DNA from: Raillietiella orientalis
Lineage: Eukaryota
Length of the DNA stretch: 64,000 nt
Reading direction: 5' to 3'
NCBI GenBank assembly: GCA_036172245.1
Contig: JAYWIR010000029.1
Coordinates: forward strand, 124,001-188,000
Part shown: positions 62,401 through 64,000 of the stretch, piece by piece
How positions within the stretch are numbered: the first letter of the stretch is position 1
How the letters are laid out: every line of letters starts with the position of its first letter
Made by a program: the position numbers and the translations under genes
Notes under the pieces: generated by a model
What the model saw: only the letters and a program-made list of their open reading frames with translations
Database searches by the model: none
What the model was told of the DNA's origin: nothing

Positions 62401-64000
62401 GATGCACATTGGATTTAGAATAGTTAACGAGAGTGAAAATGAGTTCTAGGATCTGATTCTAAGCAAGTGACACGGCCGTGACACCGAAGCATGGCAGACT
62501 GCAAACGTTTCTTTGCAAGCATGATGGTGGTTCCGATGCTTATCAGCGATGGAATATCGAATGAGCTTTTCGTTATCTCGACGAAAGTTGCAGTTTTTCG
62601 TTTGCATTTTTTTGGGGGGGAGCCTCTCGTTTCTCGTACGTTCTTCTCTTTGTTTCTTTGCACTGTGACGGGAAGGTGGTTAACAGCATCACCTATCAGA
62701 CAGAGTAAAGAATGTTCTGGAATAACCGAACAATGATATTCCACGCCGTATGGGATGAAGTATCGAAAGGAGAACACAGACAGTGAATTCTAAACCTCCT
62801 TGTTCCTCTTCTTGCAGTAGTTCCTGGCTCATTCTGCAAACGCGAGCTCTCCGGATTCATCCTAGAACAGGAGGCAAACACTTCATTGATGAATCCTCAG
62901 TCGAACCAGAAGTCATTAATTCCACTTCTTTCGAGCTCGACGTTGACAAGCAACTCTGGCAGTCGATACGAAAACCGGAAAAAATTTTCAGGCACCTTCA
63001 TGTGTCTCCCGGAAAAGTCCTCGAGAGTGAAGTTTCTCCCATGAGTTTTGGGATACATTGGTTCCTTTAAAGTGTTAGAGGCCATGGTCGTTCCTGCTAA
63101 ATGTGTAGAGGCTCTGCAGGTTTTGAGCACCACATGCACACACAGTTACAAGGAAAGCGTTTGGAAACAGTGGAGCCCTCGTGTCAGCATCTGTTATCTC
63201 AGCTCTGCGAGCTTCACAAAAATACTTGCACGCTCATGATGAGTGGACCTTCGGGTGAAAACCATTATCAAAGCGGGTGTCGAATCATCCTTGACTTCAC
63301 CAGAGTGTCCTCAGTATCACCTTTGCGTTTCCCGAGCACAACGACCTGAGTGGTGCGCGTTCTTACAAACAAATGACGCACTCACGAAGCCGTTCGGTCT
63401 AACAGTGAACTGCCCGCATAAATCTTTTCCATGTCTCCTCACTGAGTCTGCCGAAAAATCCGTGCGAAGCAATACATCAGCTCAAAGCGACCTCGCAATA
63501 CCATACATACCCAACTAACACAGCACAGCACGGACTTCATACGAGGATGCAGTGGTTTCTCCATGAAATGAAACCGTGATGAAACGCAGCATCTTCCGGT
63601 CCATGCAAAGGACAGTTGCTGTGGGAACTCCAGAATTCGATTTTCCACATTATCGACCTCAAGAGGACGAAGCGAACTGGCTTGTGAGCGCAGCATTGAA
63701 TTTCTGTCTTAAATTGTGCTCTAAATCTTGTTTTTCCCCTGCATGCTTAGCGTGCAACCTTCCCACCTATCTTCCTCCCTTTCATAATATTCTCGAGAGC
63801 CTCAGTATCCCGTTTCACATTTTCATTAAAATATTCATTTCACTGTGTAAAAATGCACAACACAACATTCGCCATAGCGAAACTTAAATGGTGGAATGTA
63901 AGCTTAATGATCGGCCGTACGGAAATCGGAGATGCAACGGGATCTCCGATGAAATATGAGGGACATTTCAGAATACGTTCTTTGCAAGCAAATTAAAGAC

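Overview
Eukaryotic (metazoan, probably invertebrate) genomic DNA, rich in repeats. One real spliced gene is supported: a collagen prolyl 4-hydroxylase alpha subunit on the minus strand. It has 8 coding exons between 16764 and 346, all GT-AG with matching phases, and its last exon lies off the left edge. Its peptide-binding (TPR) region is atypical and one catalytic loop is short. The rest of the window holds an intronless, frameshifted SLC7/LAT amino-acid transporter pseudogene (~42.7-43.5 kb), many decayed L1/Tx1-like LINE fragments, a tRNA-derived SINE-like element, possible hAT remnants and an AT-rich non-coding tract (~50-60 kb). One LINE family ends in a conserved AATAAA plus stem-loop. 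The most unusual signal is a young, non-coding, GC-rich 2.2 kb element present twice in inverted orientation (12675-14867 and 22049-24259). It has no TIRs, LTR ends or poly(A) tail. Both copies carry the same GAAGA direct repeat at both ends and a similar upstream target motif, and the element has strand-polarised G-U hairpins. The pair brackets exon 1 of the gene. A second 781 bp element pair has a similar design with CAGG direct repeats. Most ORFs in the supplied track are spurious.
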